From the NCBI GenBank assembly GCA_963795855.1, contig CAWCIZ010000005.1:29434-93433 (forward strand): a stretch of DNA of 64,000 bases. The letters run 5' to 3'. The position numbers and the translations under genes are program-made. The DNA comes from Vulcanimicrobiota bacterium (GTDB lineage Bacteria > Vulcanimicrobiota > Vulcanimicrobiia > Vulcanimicrobiales > Vulcanimicrobiaceae). Below are positions 53,409-63,422 of the stretch, in pieces (the stretch's first letter is position 1; every line of letters begins with the position of its first letter). The notes beneath the pieces are model-generated. The model was not told the origin of the DNA and searched no databases. It saw nothing but the letters and a program-made list of their open reading frames with translations.

Positions 53409-55021
53409 CGCCGGCGAAGCGGCCGTTTTTCATCCTTGCGTTTGGTGCCGCAGTGGCGTTTGCGCCGGGCTGTTCTCGCGAAACGAAGCCTGCCGTACAT
53501 GACGTTCTCACCATCGGGCAACCGCAGGAGCCGGCTTCCTTGAATCCGTTGCTGCTCGAAGGCGCGATGTCGGAACTGGTTGGCCCGACCGTGTTTTCGG
53601 CGCTGCTGACTGCCGATGCTCGCGGCGTTTTGGCGCCCGACTTGGCGACGCAGGTTCCGTCGCTGCGCAACGGCGGAATCTCACGCGACGGACTGACGAT
53701 TACCTATAGGCTGCGCGGCGGACTCAAGTGGCAGGACGGAGCCGCGCTCACCGCCGCAGACGTCGTCTTCACGTATCGGCAGATCGTGAATCCGTTCAAC
53801 GACGTTCCGTCGCGTTCGGGCTACGATGCAGTGCGCGACGTACGCGCGATCGACGCGCGGACGGTCCGTGTGCGCATGAAGCGGCGATACTCTCCGATTC
53901 TGGCAAATTTTTTCGGCCCGGATCAAAACTATCAAGTGCTTCCGCAGCACCTGCTCGCCGGATATCGCGATCTCAATCACGTCCCGTTCAACAGTAAGCC
54001 GGTTGGGTCCGGTCCGTATGCGGTCGCTGTATGGAAGCGCGGCGACGAACTGGGTTTGCAAGCCAACGCGCGATATTTTCGCGGCAAACCCGGCGTCCCG
54101 CGTCTGCGGCTGCGCTTCATTCCCGATACCGGAACGTTGCTGCAGCAATTGCGCACCGGTGAAGTTCAGGTCGTATTCGATGCGGACGCGGCGTATCTCG
54201 AGCAGTATCGCTCCTTGCGCGGTATGTCGGTGACGCGGACGCCGCTGAACGGAACGGGCGCCCTGCTGTTCAATACGGCGGATTCGCTGATGCACGACGT
54301 GCGGGTTCGGAGGGCAATCGTCGAAGCGCTCGATATACCGCGACTGGTTCGCGACGCGACGCGCGGCGCCGAAAGTACGGCCGAAGCCGGGCGCGGATTT
54401 TTCAGCTGGGCGTACGATCCATCGGTGAAAATTCCGGCGTACGACGCCGGTGATGCCAATCGTTTGCTGGACGCCGCGGGATGGCTGCGCGGCCGGGACG
54501 GCATGCGTTCTCGCGCAGGAACGCCGCTTACCGCCCTTATGGTGATTCAAAGCGGCGATGCGGAGTCCGAACAAGTCGGCCTGGATTTTCAGCAATCGCT
54601 GCGCGGGCTCGGCATCGGCGTAACGCTGCACAAATACACGCCGATCCAATTAGCAGCGCCAGCCGAAAGCGGGGGCCCGCTCTTCGGCGGGCGCTTTCAA
54701 ATCGCGTTCGTCAAAATTTTGACGGGCGTGGACCCGGGGAACCTGGCGTTTTTCGGCTGCGATCAAATCGCGCCGCGCGGATTCAACCTGTCCCGCTTCT
54801 GTGATGCGCAAATCCAGCGCGCCTATGAAGCCGACGCGCAAACGTACGATCCTCGCGAACGCATGCGTGACATTGCACTCGTGCAGCGCCGCTTGGCGGA
54901 GACGCTGCCGTTCGTGCCGCTCTGGCGGCGGCATGCCATCGCCGTGTATCCGTCTTGGCTGCGCGGCGTGCGGCCATCGCCCGTGTCTGCGTATTGGAAT
55001 GTGTCCGATTGGCGAGTATAA
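53405..55021 (+). CDS. Peptide ABC transporter substrate-binding lipoprotein (family 5)
   Basis: Lipobox-like PGC, SLNP, PDLA...P, KWQDG..LTA.DV.FT, PVGSGPY. Confidence 0.88.
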   Translation: MTPAKRPFFILAFGAAVAFAPGCSRETKPAVHDVLTIGQPQEPASLNPLLLEGAMSELVGPTVFSALLTADARGVLAPDLATQVPSLRNGGISRDGLTITYRLRGGLKWQDGAALTAADVVFTYRQIVNPFNDVPSRSGYDAVRDVRAIDARTVRVRMKRRYSPILANFFGPDQNYQVLPQHLLAGYRDLNHVPFNSKPVGSGPYAVAVWKRGDELGLQANARYFRGKPGVPRLRLRFIPDTGTLLQQLRTGEVQVVFDADAAYLEQYRSLRGMSVTRTPLNGTGALLFNTADSLMHDVRVRRAIVEALDIPRLVRDATRGAESTAEAGRGFFSWAYDPSVKIPAYDAGDANRLLDAAGWLRGRDGMRSRAGTPLTALMVIQSGDAESEQVGLDFQQSLRGLGIGVTLHKYTPIQLAAPAESGGPLFGGRFQIAFVKILTGVDPGNLAFFGCDQIAPRGFNLSRFCDAQIQRAYEADAQTYDPRERMRDIALVQRRLAETLPFVPLWRRHAIAVYPSWLRGVRPSPVSAYWNVSDWRV

Positions 55022-55037
55022 GCGCTCGGGAGGATTT

Positions 55038-56726
55038 ATGATTGCCGCACTGCTGCGAGTCGCCGGTCTAGGGTGCATCGTTTCGCTGCTGAGCCCGGCG
55101 CTTGCGAGCGCAGCATCGCACGCGCTTGATGCGCCGCAGCGCAAGCGCGTCGACGCCGTCTTCGCACAATACGACGCCCCGAACGTGCCGGGGTGCGCGC
55201 TCGGAGTATTTCGCGACGGAGCCATCGCGTACGCTCGCGGCTACGGCATGGCCGATCTGGAACGAAATGTTCGCATCACACCCGGCTCGGTGTTCGACGT
55301 CGGCTCGGTCAGCAAACAATTTGCGGCCGCTGCCATCGCACTGCTGGTCGAGGACCGAAAGGTTTCGTTCGAAGACGACGTTCGAAAGTACGTTCCCGAA
55401 CTGCCGCGATATGGAGCGCCGATCACGATCGACGAACTGATGTGGCACACGAGCGGGCTTCGTGACTACACGGATTTGCTGGATCTGGCCGGCTACGGGT
55501 TGGAGCAAGCGACGACCGACGCGCAGGCGCTTTCGCTCATCACGCGGCAAAAGCATCTGGAATTTCCCAGCGGCTCGCAGTTCGAATATTCCAATACGAA
55601 TTACTTTTTGCTTTCGGTCATCGTCAAGCGGGTCACCGGGCAAACGTTGGCGCAATTCGCGCGGCGCCGCATCTTCGCTCCGCTCGGGATGACTCACACG
55701 CTGTACCGGACCGATTACGCGATGCTGATTCCGAATCGAGCGATGGGCTACGCTCCCTCCGGCGGCGGCCGCTTCAAAAACAGCATGTCGAACTGGGAGC
55801 AGACCGGCGACGGCGCGGTACAGATTTCGATAGACGACGCGGCCAAGTGGGATGAAAACTTCTACACGGGCCGCGTGGGAGGCCAAGCGATGCTTCGTGA
55901 TTTGCAAACGCCGGGTCACCTGACGAACCGAACGAAACTCGACTACGCGCGCGGGCTGTTCGTCGGATCGTATCGCGGCCTGCGTCTCATCTCACATGGC
56001 GGCGCCTGGATCGGCTACCGCGCCGAATTCGATCGCTATCCAACGGTCCACACCTCGGTCGTCGTGTTGTGCAACTCGGACGCGGCTACTCCCGCATCGC
56101 TGGCGCAGCACGTCGCCGACATCGTGCTGCAGCGGTCCTTGGCTCGCGTGCCCATTGCTGCCGTAGCGCGCCCGTCTGCGCAAGCGCCGCTCCCTGTGCG
56201 CGATTTCGCCGGCGCATATTTTGACGAAACAGGCGGCGATGTGTTTCACGTGACGCCGAGCGCGCACGGTATCGCACTGGACAACGGAGGCGCGAGCTAC
56301 CCGCTTACGCCGGCCGGCAGAGCGTCGTTCCGGCTCGGCGGCACGGCGATCGATTTTACGCTCGGAAAAAACGGGTCCGCGACGTCGATGCGCATCGGCT
56401 CGGGAGCCGAGCGCGTTTACGCGCAAAAATTCGTGCCGGCCTCGCCGACTGCCGCCGAGTTGGCGGGCGCGTCCGCCAACTACTATAGTCCCGAACTCGA
56501 CGTCACGTGGACGCTGCGCGCGGTCGGGCGCACCCTTCGACTGGAACCGAGCCGCTATTTAACCCGCGACGCCGCGGGCGTGCTGCATCCGCAACTTCGC
56601 GATACCTTCACTTCGGACGGCGGCTTCTTGATACGCCTTACGCGCGATGCAGCCGGCGCTATCGACGGGTTCACGCTGAGTTCCGGCCGGGGACTTCGTT
56701 CGCTCCTCTTCACGCGCGCACAATGA
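55038..56726 (+). CDS. Secreted serine hydrolase (MlrB-like)
   Basis: Signal peptide, SVSK, HTSGLRD, YSN, HGG; C-terminal beta domains. Confidence 0.85.
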   Translation: MIAALLRVAGLGCIVSLLSPALASAASHALDAPQRKRVDAVFAQYDAPNVPGCALGVFRDGAIAYARGYGMADLERNVRITPGSVFDVGSVSKQFAAAAIALLVEDRKVSFEDDVRKYVPELPRYGAPITIDELMWHTSGLRDYTDLLDLAGYGLEQATTDAQALSLITRQKHLEFPSGSQFEYSNTNYFLLSVIVKRVTGQTLAQFARRRIFAPLGMTHTLYRTDYAMLIPNRAMGYAPSGGGRFKNSMSNWEQTGDGAVQISIDDAAKWDENFYTGRVGGQAMLRDLQTPGHLTNRTKLDYARGLFVGSYRGLRLISHGGAWIGYRAEFDRYPTVHTSVVVLCNSDAATPASLAQHVADIVLQRSLARVPIAAVARPSAQAPLPVRDFAGAYFDETGGDVFHVTPSAHGIALDNGGASYPLTPAGRASFRLGGTAIDFTLGKNGSATSMRIGSGAERVYAQKFVPASPTAAELAGASANYYSPELDVTWTLRAVGRTLRLEPSRYLTRDAAGVLHPQLRDTFTSDGGFLIRLTRDAAGAIDGFTLSSGRGLRSLLFTRAQ

Positions 56727-56830
56727 GCGCTCGCGACGAAATATCGACCGTTCCTCTAAAATTTTGGGCTGCCGAGAGGAACGGCCCTACTCGGCGTGAA
56801 GGACTCACGCAAGTTAGGAGATTGCTGCCA

Positions 56831-59800
56831 ATGAACGCTCGTTTTGGTGGTCCCCTTCGGACGGCCGTACTCGCCGGCCTCGGGCTCTTGTTCTCGATCG
56901 CCGTCACCGCGCCGCCGGCGGTATATGCGGCGGATGCCAGTACGGTTTCCGGTACGGTCGTGACGACCGACGGCGCTCCGGTCGCCGCCGCCACCGTGAC
57001 GCTCAGCGGACCCGCGCGCGAACAAACGGCAACCGACGCAAAGGGGACGTTCCACTTCGGAAATGTAACGCCCGGCGTCTACTCCGTCACCGTAACGAAG
57101 GCGGGGTTTGACGCGTATCGCACGGATGACGTCGCAGCGCTCGCCGGAAATACCGAAGTCGTGAATGTGACGCTCGCGCAGCTGACGTTTTCATCGCTGC
57201 GAACGATCGCGAGCGTTTCGACGCGCGCGCCCGGAGTGGCGCCGATCAATAAATCCACTGCATCGATCAGCTCGATTTCGGGACAAGTCTTTGCCGATCA
57301 AGGACAGCAGCAGGTCATCAAAGTGCTCAACGAAACGCCGGGAATCATCACCTCGCCCTACAACCCGGGAAACGGAAATCCGAGCAACGGCGCTTCGCCT
57401 GCTTCAGCTCAAACTCCGCAAATACGCGGTGCGTTGCCTTACGAAACGGAATCGCTCATCGACGGACATCCCGTTTCCGTCGGCTCCGCCGGTTCGTATT
57501 CGCCCAATCTCCTCAACCCGTGGCTGCTCCAGGACGTCGAACTGGTCAAAGGACCGGGTTCGATGCCGGAGGAGATCAACTATGCGATCAACGGCACGGT
57601 GAACTATCGAACGCTGCAACCGACCCCGCAGAATAAAGACGCCGTAATGCTCGGATACGATAACTGGGGCGGCGTCTCGACGGGGTTCAAAGCAACGGGT
57701 TCGACGGCGAACCACAAATTCGGCTATGCCGTGGGTTACGTCACCGACGGCGCACCGGGACCGCTCAAGAACTTCACGTATGACGCTACGCAGCTTCCGC
57801 TCGACAGCGGGCCGCCCGGCGGCCCCTATTACATCAACGGACAGCAGGTGGCCATGGTCGGTGGGCCCGTCGGTTTAGCGCCTGCACCGCCGCAGTTCGC
57901 TCCGTACGCCGGCATGGGATTGAACTTTGCGGATCCGGTCGTCGGATGCTGCTTCAAGAGCGACACCGGGTATCACGCGACGTCCGAACTTGCGAAAGCC
58001 GTCGTAAATTTCACCAACAACACGTCGCTGACTCTCTCCTATCTCGGCGGGCAGAGCGTCAATGGAAACGGAGATCCGAATTTCTATTCGGCGGCACTGG
58101 TCGGGAACACCGGGCTGCCTGCGGCGTTCTTTGCACCGTGCGGCACCGCGAGCGCGCCGCTCACTTGCAGTCCGTATGCAACGACTACCACTTATAACTG
58201 CGCCGGCGGAGGCGGTGCTCCGGCGTGCAATACGGCGGTGCCCTTCGACATTACGTCCGTTAACGGCGCGGGCTATACGTGGACGCAGCAGAACCTGTTC
58301 CAAGGCGAGTTTCGCACGACGCTCGGAAGCACGGGAACCGTGCTCGCGCGCTACTACACCGGGTCGCTGAATCAGTACGCCCTGCTGGGATCGTCGGGTT
58401 CCCAGTTGACGTACTCGATGAACACCTGGGGTACGATCCCGCTCTGTCCGACCGGCACGACGTTGGATAAGACGACGTTCATGTGCGATAGCTCGGGCGG
58501 CCCCGTCGCGCCAGTGAACACGACGTTTACGGGCCAGCAAGCCACGTTCACGACTGCGAATTTCCCGAACACATTTACGACGAACGACGCGATGAACGGC
58601 GAGACGCTGGAAGTGCAGGAACTCCTTGGCGAAAATACGTTGACGCTCGCGTACGACCACTCCGAGCAGGCATCCGCGTCGACGGCCGACGAGCCATCAG
58701 TCGGCATTATCGTGAACAGTCCGGTCAAAGGATCCAAGCAGACATTCCAAACGTTCTCGCTACGCGACAACGTCATGCTCACCCCGAAGGTCGAGTTGAA
58801 CGTCGGCGACTACCTCATCAACTATCTCAGCCACTATTCCATCGACGGCGGCAAAACGTGGAACGACGCCTCGCACGCGTACAACGAGCCGCGCGCGGCG
58901 GTCAACTGGCATCCCAACAATGACACGGCGTTTCGCTTCTCGACCGGCGGATCGGTAGCGCCGCCGTACATCAGTCTCGTCTCCTCGGGCGGTACGCAGT
59001 GGAGCGCAGTGATCGGCGGCGTACCGGCGGCCGGGTGGCTACAAAATGCAAATAACGGCGCGATCAATGCCGAGACCGCCTGGGGCTACGACCTCGGTTT
59101 CGATCACCGTCTCGAGCAGTCGACGTCGATCTCGCTCGACCTCTACCTGACGCAATTGCAGAATCTGTTTCTGGACCAGACGCAGCTCGGTGATTCCGGC
59201 GACGTTCGGTCCGGCTCCCGACAATTGCCCAAACCTGCCGTGCTTGGTCTCGAAAACCGCGAACCTCGGCCACGCGCGTTATGAAGGCGTCGAGATTGCG
59301 CTGAATCACACGCCGCTATTCGGCCTGGGCTGGAGAGTGCAGGGCTCGCTGCAGCGCGCCTACACGTACGATCTGCCGCCGTATTTCTACTGCGCCGGTT
59401 CGGTCGATCCGGTCAGCGGTAAACCGATTCCCCCGGGACCCGGCTGCCTCTACAACACGAACCTCGCCGTACTTCCCAACGTAAATTTTGGCGGCCAGCC
59501 CACCGCACTTGCGGGAGGTCCGAACGGCATCGGCAGTGCGCGAGTGCCGTATGCGCTCGGTTACGGCGAACTCAACTGGACCGGACACGCAGGCCAATAT
59601 TACAACCTCGGATTAACGTACTTCGGCGAGAACAACAGCTTCAACGTGCCGCCGTTCGCAGTGGTGTCGGCCAACGCTCGCTGGAACATCGGTCACGGCA
59701 CGAGCCTGCAACTGTCGGGCGATAACCTTACCAACGCATACGCGAATCCGTACGTCGGTTTCTTCAACGGCAGTCCGCTGCCGCTCGTCAACGGCGCGAT

Positions 59801-59942
59801 GCAGACCAATCCGTTGACCGGGACGTATCAACCGGCCTATGCGGCCGCTACGCCGCTCGGCAACTACGGTCCGGCCAGCTTCCGTATCCAATTTATCAAG
59901 GAGTTCGGAAGCGGAAGCAACGACGTGCAACAGCAGCATTGA
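56831..59942 (+). CDS. TonB-dependent receptor (frameshift ~59189)
   Basis: Paralog of 602..3448 (LTFSSLRTIASV, SNGASP, YET.SLIDGHP.SVG, VKGPG). Confidence 0.85.
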
Positions 59943-61552
59943 CCAGCGTTCGTGCGCGGCTCGACCGCGTATTCGCTGAACTCGAAGGCCGGCAGGGCCC
60001 GGGGGTAGTCGTCGGCATCGCTCAGCGCGGCATGCCGGATTACCGCCGGGCCTTCGGCCTATCGAGCGTCGAGCAGGACTGCCGGAACCGCGAGAATACG
60101 CGTATGCGCATCGGTTCGTCGACCAAGCAGTTCACGTGCTTCGGCGTTCTGCTGCTTGCCGAGGACGGATTGCTTTCGATCGACGACAACGTGCGAACGC
60201 ACCTGCCCGAGTTGCCCGAATATGGCGCCTCGATCACGCTGCGGCATCTCATGTCGAACACGAGCGGCTTGCGTTGTTACCTGGATCTCATCGGCATCTT
60301 AGCAAGCATGGACCGCGCCGTTCCGGCGCCGCTTCCGCTGCATCTGCAAATGAAGCAGCAGACCGTAAATTTCACCGCCGGCGAACGGCTCGTTTACTGC
60401 AACGGCGGCTATTTGCTGCTTTCGGCGATCATCGAGCGCTTGTCGAGCATGACCCTCGCCGGATTTTTTTCGAAACGAATCTTTGACCCGCTCGGCATGC
60501 CGCATACGACGTTCGAGCCGTCCGATACGAAGCTGCTCGAGAACGTTGCGACGCTGCATCAGCGCTATCCCGACGGATCGTATCATCGCGGAACGATCGG
60601 CGTTCCGCTCACCGGTGACGGCGCAATTCTTTCCACGGTCGAGGACATGCTCCGCTGGCTGACCCATATGGACTCGCCGATTATCGGCAGCGCACAAACC
60701 TGGAAAACGATGCTTTCGGCAGGCTCCGATACGGAGCACGGATACGGTTTCGGCCTCATGCACGAACGCTACCGTGGAATAGATACGATTCATCACGGCG
60801 GAACGGTTTTCGGCGGCCGGTGTCAAGCGCTCAAGGTGCCCGAGCACGGCATCAACATCGTCATGATGAGCAACGCATCCGACATTTTTCCAGGCGATTT
60901 CACCTCGAAAGCACTTGACGTGCTGCTCGAAGATCGGATGAGCGCGCCGCTTAGCGCTGCGACCGCCGAAAACGCGCAGCGCTTCGCGGGAACGTACTAC
61001 GGCGCAAAAAGCGGCGAAGTCGTTCACGTACTCGTCAAAGACCAGCGCGCGTTCGTCGACGGCGAGTCCGGCGAAGCGCCGCTCTACGATACACCCGGCG
61101 GCGGTCTTCGCACGAATGCCGCTTCGCTCGGAATCGAGATTCGCGATGCCGGGGACGGCGCGGCCGCGCACGCTACCGCAATCGAACTGCTCGCCGGCGG
61201 GTACCGCTCGACGCTGCAGCGCTTGGAACCGCGGCCCGATGACGCGGATCTCGACGCCTGGTGCGGCAGCTATGAAAACGCGGATTGCGAGGCGACGGCC
61301 ATTATTTCACACGAGCCCACTCCCAGCATGAGTATTTCCTCGCCGTACGGCGCCGCGCGCTACACGCTGGAACACGTCGGCGGCGACGTATGGTATGCGC
61401 GTTTGGACAATTCGTGGTTCCCGCTCAAGATCGTCATCGAGTTTGCTAAGGACGCATCGGGCGGCGGAACGCTCTCGATCACGAGTGGACGTACGAAACG
61501 ATTGGCTTTTCACGCCGCCCGCGTATCCAGCCGTTCCAAACTGCGATACTGA
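59939..61552 (+). CDS. Cytoplasmic D-aminopeptidase-like serine hydrolase
   Basis: SSTK, YCN variant of YxN, HGG; no signal peptide. Confidence 0.8.
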   Translation: MTSVRARLDRVFAELEGRQGPGVVVGIAQRGMPDYRRAFGLSSVEQDCRNRENTRMRIGSSTKQFTCFGVLLLAEDGLLSIDDNVRTHLPELPEYGASITLRHLMSNTSGLRCYLDLIGILASMDRAVPAPLPLHLQMKQQTVNFTAGERLVYCNGGYLLLSAIIERLSSMTLAGFFSKRIFDPLGMPHTTFEPSDTKLLENVATLHQRYPDGSYHRGTIGVPLTGDGAILSTVEDMLRWLTHMDSPIIGSAQTWKTMLSAGSDTEHGYGFGLMHERYRGIDTIHHGGTVFGGRCQALKVPEHGINIVMMSNASDIFPGDFTSKALDVLLEDRMSAPLSAATAENAQRFAGTYYGAKSGEVVHVLVKDQRAFVDGESGEAPLYDTPGGGLRTNAASLGIEIRDAGDGAAAHATAIELLAGGYRSTLQRLEPRPDDADLDAWCGSYENADCEATAIISHEPTPSMSISSPYGAARYTLEHVGGDVWYARLDNSWFPLKIVIEFAKDASGGGTLSITSGRTKRLAFHAARVSSRSKLRY

Positions 61553-62190
61553 ATCGCTTCCGCAACGTGAGTGGGCGCGATTGCCTCACTATTTGCGAGA
61601 TCTGCAATCGTGCGCGCTGCACGGGCGATGCGATCGAGTGCGCGGGCCGAAAACTGCCGTCGCGCGCTTGCGTGCGCCAGCAACTCCATCGCTTTCGTGT
61701 CAAGACCGCAATACGTGCGCATCGCGCTGCTCGGGATTTCGGCATTACACGCAATGGGCGTGCCGGCGAATCGTTCGCGCTGGCGTTGCCGTGCGGCGAT
61801 AACGCGTTCGCGAATCGAGGAGGATCGTTCCGCTCGTTCGGCGCGTACCATGTCGTCGAAGGGCACGCGTGCGATCTCGATCTGCAAGTCGATGCGATCG
61901 AGCAGCGGCCCGGAAAGCTTCGCGACGTATTTTGCGACGGCAGCGTCGTCGCATCGGCAGTCCGTGCTGCGCGTGCCGCGGTAGCCGCACGGGCACGGAT
62001 TCATCGAGGCCACGAGCATGAAGCGTGCGGGATACGTAAACGTTCCTGCGGCGCGCGCGATCGTCACGGCGCCTTCCTCGAGCGGCTGGCGCATCACCTC
62101 GATCGCGGAGCGCGTGAACTCCGGCAGTTCGTCTAAAAACAACACACCATGATGAGCGAGGCTTATCTCGCCGGGTTTGACGAAAGTTCC
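61510..62190 (-). pseudogene. comM: 3' half of ComM/YifB Mg-chelatase-like ATPase, interrupted by an insertion
   Basis: PGEISLAHHGVLFLDE, NPCPCG, SGPLLDRID, ARTIADL present; Walker A and N-terminal half absent. Confidence 0.88.
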
Positions 62191-62662
62191 GCTGTTGCTT
62201 ACAACTGCCGATGAGAAAACTGCGGCTCGCAGTATCGGCACTTTACAACTAGGCGTGAGAAATCCACACAACTTACACTGAGAAAAAAATCGTCCTTGAT
62301 CGGCGCCGTAGGAGCGCACTCACGCGTTTTCGTCGGACGCCGTTATTCAGCGGCGGTTATCCCCTCGTCAAGACCTGATGCCTTAGACAGCATCGGGATG
62401 ATGCATCGCCTTTCACCAGAGGTTCACGGCTTGCGCCACTTGTCGCGACCACCCACGGATGTGTCGCGTACGCGCTCAACATGGATAGCAGCGCCAAGGA
62501 TGCATTTCGCGCGCTCTCTCGATCGCTGCAGATTGAGTAGGCTCTACCGCGCTAGCGCGCCGCGCGCCGCCCTTGCGGACCTCGTATTCGCCGTCCGGAC
62601 GGCGCTCGATATATATATCTGCTTGTTTTTCACCCTTGATCTCCTAGGCGCCAGATGCCGCC

Positions 62663-62700
62663 AAACAGGTGTTCTACCCTGGGAATCGAACACCTGTTCC
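62663..62700. promoter_or_regulatory. Two LexA/SOS-type boxes (AAAC-AGGT-GTTC; CGAAC-ACCT-GTTCC) forming an inverted repeat
   Basis: Match to the GAAC-N4-GTTC LexA consensus. Confidence 0.55.
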
Positions 62701-62761
62701 CATGCGCGACCCGACGGCTGCGCTAGAGCCGAACCGAATTCTGATTCAAAGGACCGTCATC

Positions 62762-62926
62762 ATGGCCCAAACTTACAAGCCCGGGGAAACCGTTCCGAAG
62801 ACCGGAACGGTCGAATGCACGCAGTTCAACGGCACGCGCGATAGCGTGAAAGAAGGCACGAAATTCGCGCCTTGCGACCACTGGCGAGATCATCACGGCA
62901 AAGACTGCACCTGGCAGTACGTGTGA
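62762..62926 (+). CDS. YjzC-like small protein (54 aa)
   Basis: YKPGE.VP.TG..EC...G..FAPC...W pattern; SD AAGGA. Confidence 0.7.
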   Translation: MAQTYKPGETVPKTGTVECTQFNGTRDSVKEGTKFAPCDHWRDHHGKDCTWQYV

Positions 62927-62932
62927 TAGGTA

Positions 62933-62954
62933 AGGGGACCAACATCGGTCCCCT
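62933..62954 (+). terminator. Hairpin after the YjzC-like gene
   Basis: AGGGGACC-AACATC-GGTCCCCT followed by CTTCATTTT. Confidence 0.55.
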
Positions 62955-63170
62955 CTTCATTTTGCGCCGGCCGTCGCCGGAGCAAGTGTTCCGAGCTTTT
63001 CGCCACCGACAACCCGTTGATCGCGGCAGGGTGCCATGACGTATGGCACAGTGTAAGTGCTACGATTGCACAGAGGGTGCGTGCTCGATCCATCGGCGTA
63101 TCGCACTGCGCTGGATTTGTCATGTTCCTCATGAACCGCGGCAACCGGACTAATTATCTCGGAGAACATA

Positions 63171-63422
63171 ATGGAAGACAAAGACAAAACGGTCACTATA
63201 ATCGTAAATGGCATTTCACACCCATGGTCGGAAAAGAAGATAACCTACGCGCAGGTCGTCACTCTTGATGTGCCGGACTATCCGCAGCACCCCGAAATCA
63301 CGTACTCAGTGAAGTACTCGTTTGAAAACGGCCATGGACCAGAGCGCGTTCTTGCGACCGGCGCATCTGTGGAAGTCAAGGACCGTATGATTTTCACCGT
63401 TGCTGAAACGGGCCAATCCTAG
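63171..63422 (+). CDS. Ubiquitin-like (multi-ubiquitin domain) protein
   Basis: VTIIVNG...ITYAQVV.L...YSVKY...L..G.SV.VKD.MIF.V..TGQS beta-grasp pattern; SD GGAG. Confidence 0.8.
   Translation: MEDKDKTVTIIVNGISHPWSEKKITYAQVVTLDVPDYPQHPEITYSVKYSFENGHGPERVLATGASVEVKDRMIFTVAETGQS

Noticed and set aside
4496..59942. About 14 frameshifted genes (~5055, 10830, 12360, 14172, 15090, 22255, 33070, 36880, 45903, 46698, 48435, 49588, 50328, 59189) as pseudogenes or programmed frameshifts
   Set aside because: Scattered single indels in otherwise intact genes, including housekeeping ones (hisC, hemQ), with no shared slippery motif noticed; most likely long-read errors. Read polishing would settle it.
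62296..62844. 182-aa ORF at the island edge
   Set aside because: No recognisable motifs or SD; overlaps regulatory boxes and the YjzC-like gene.
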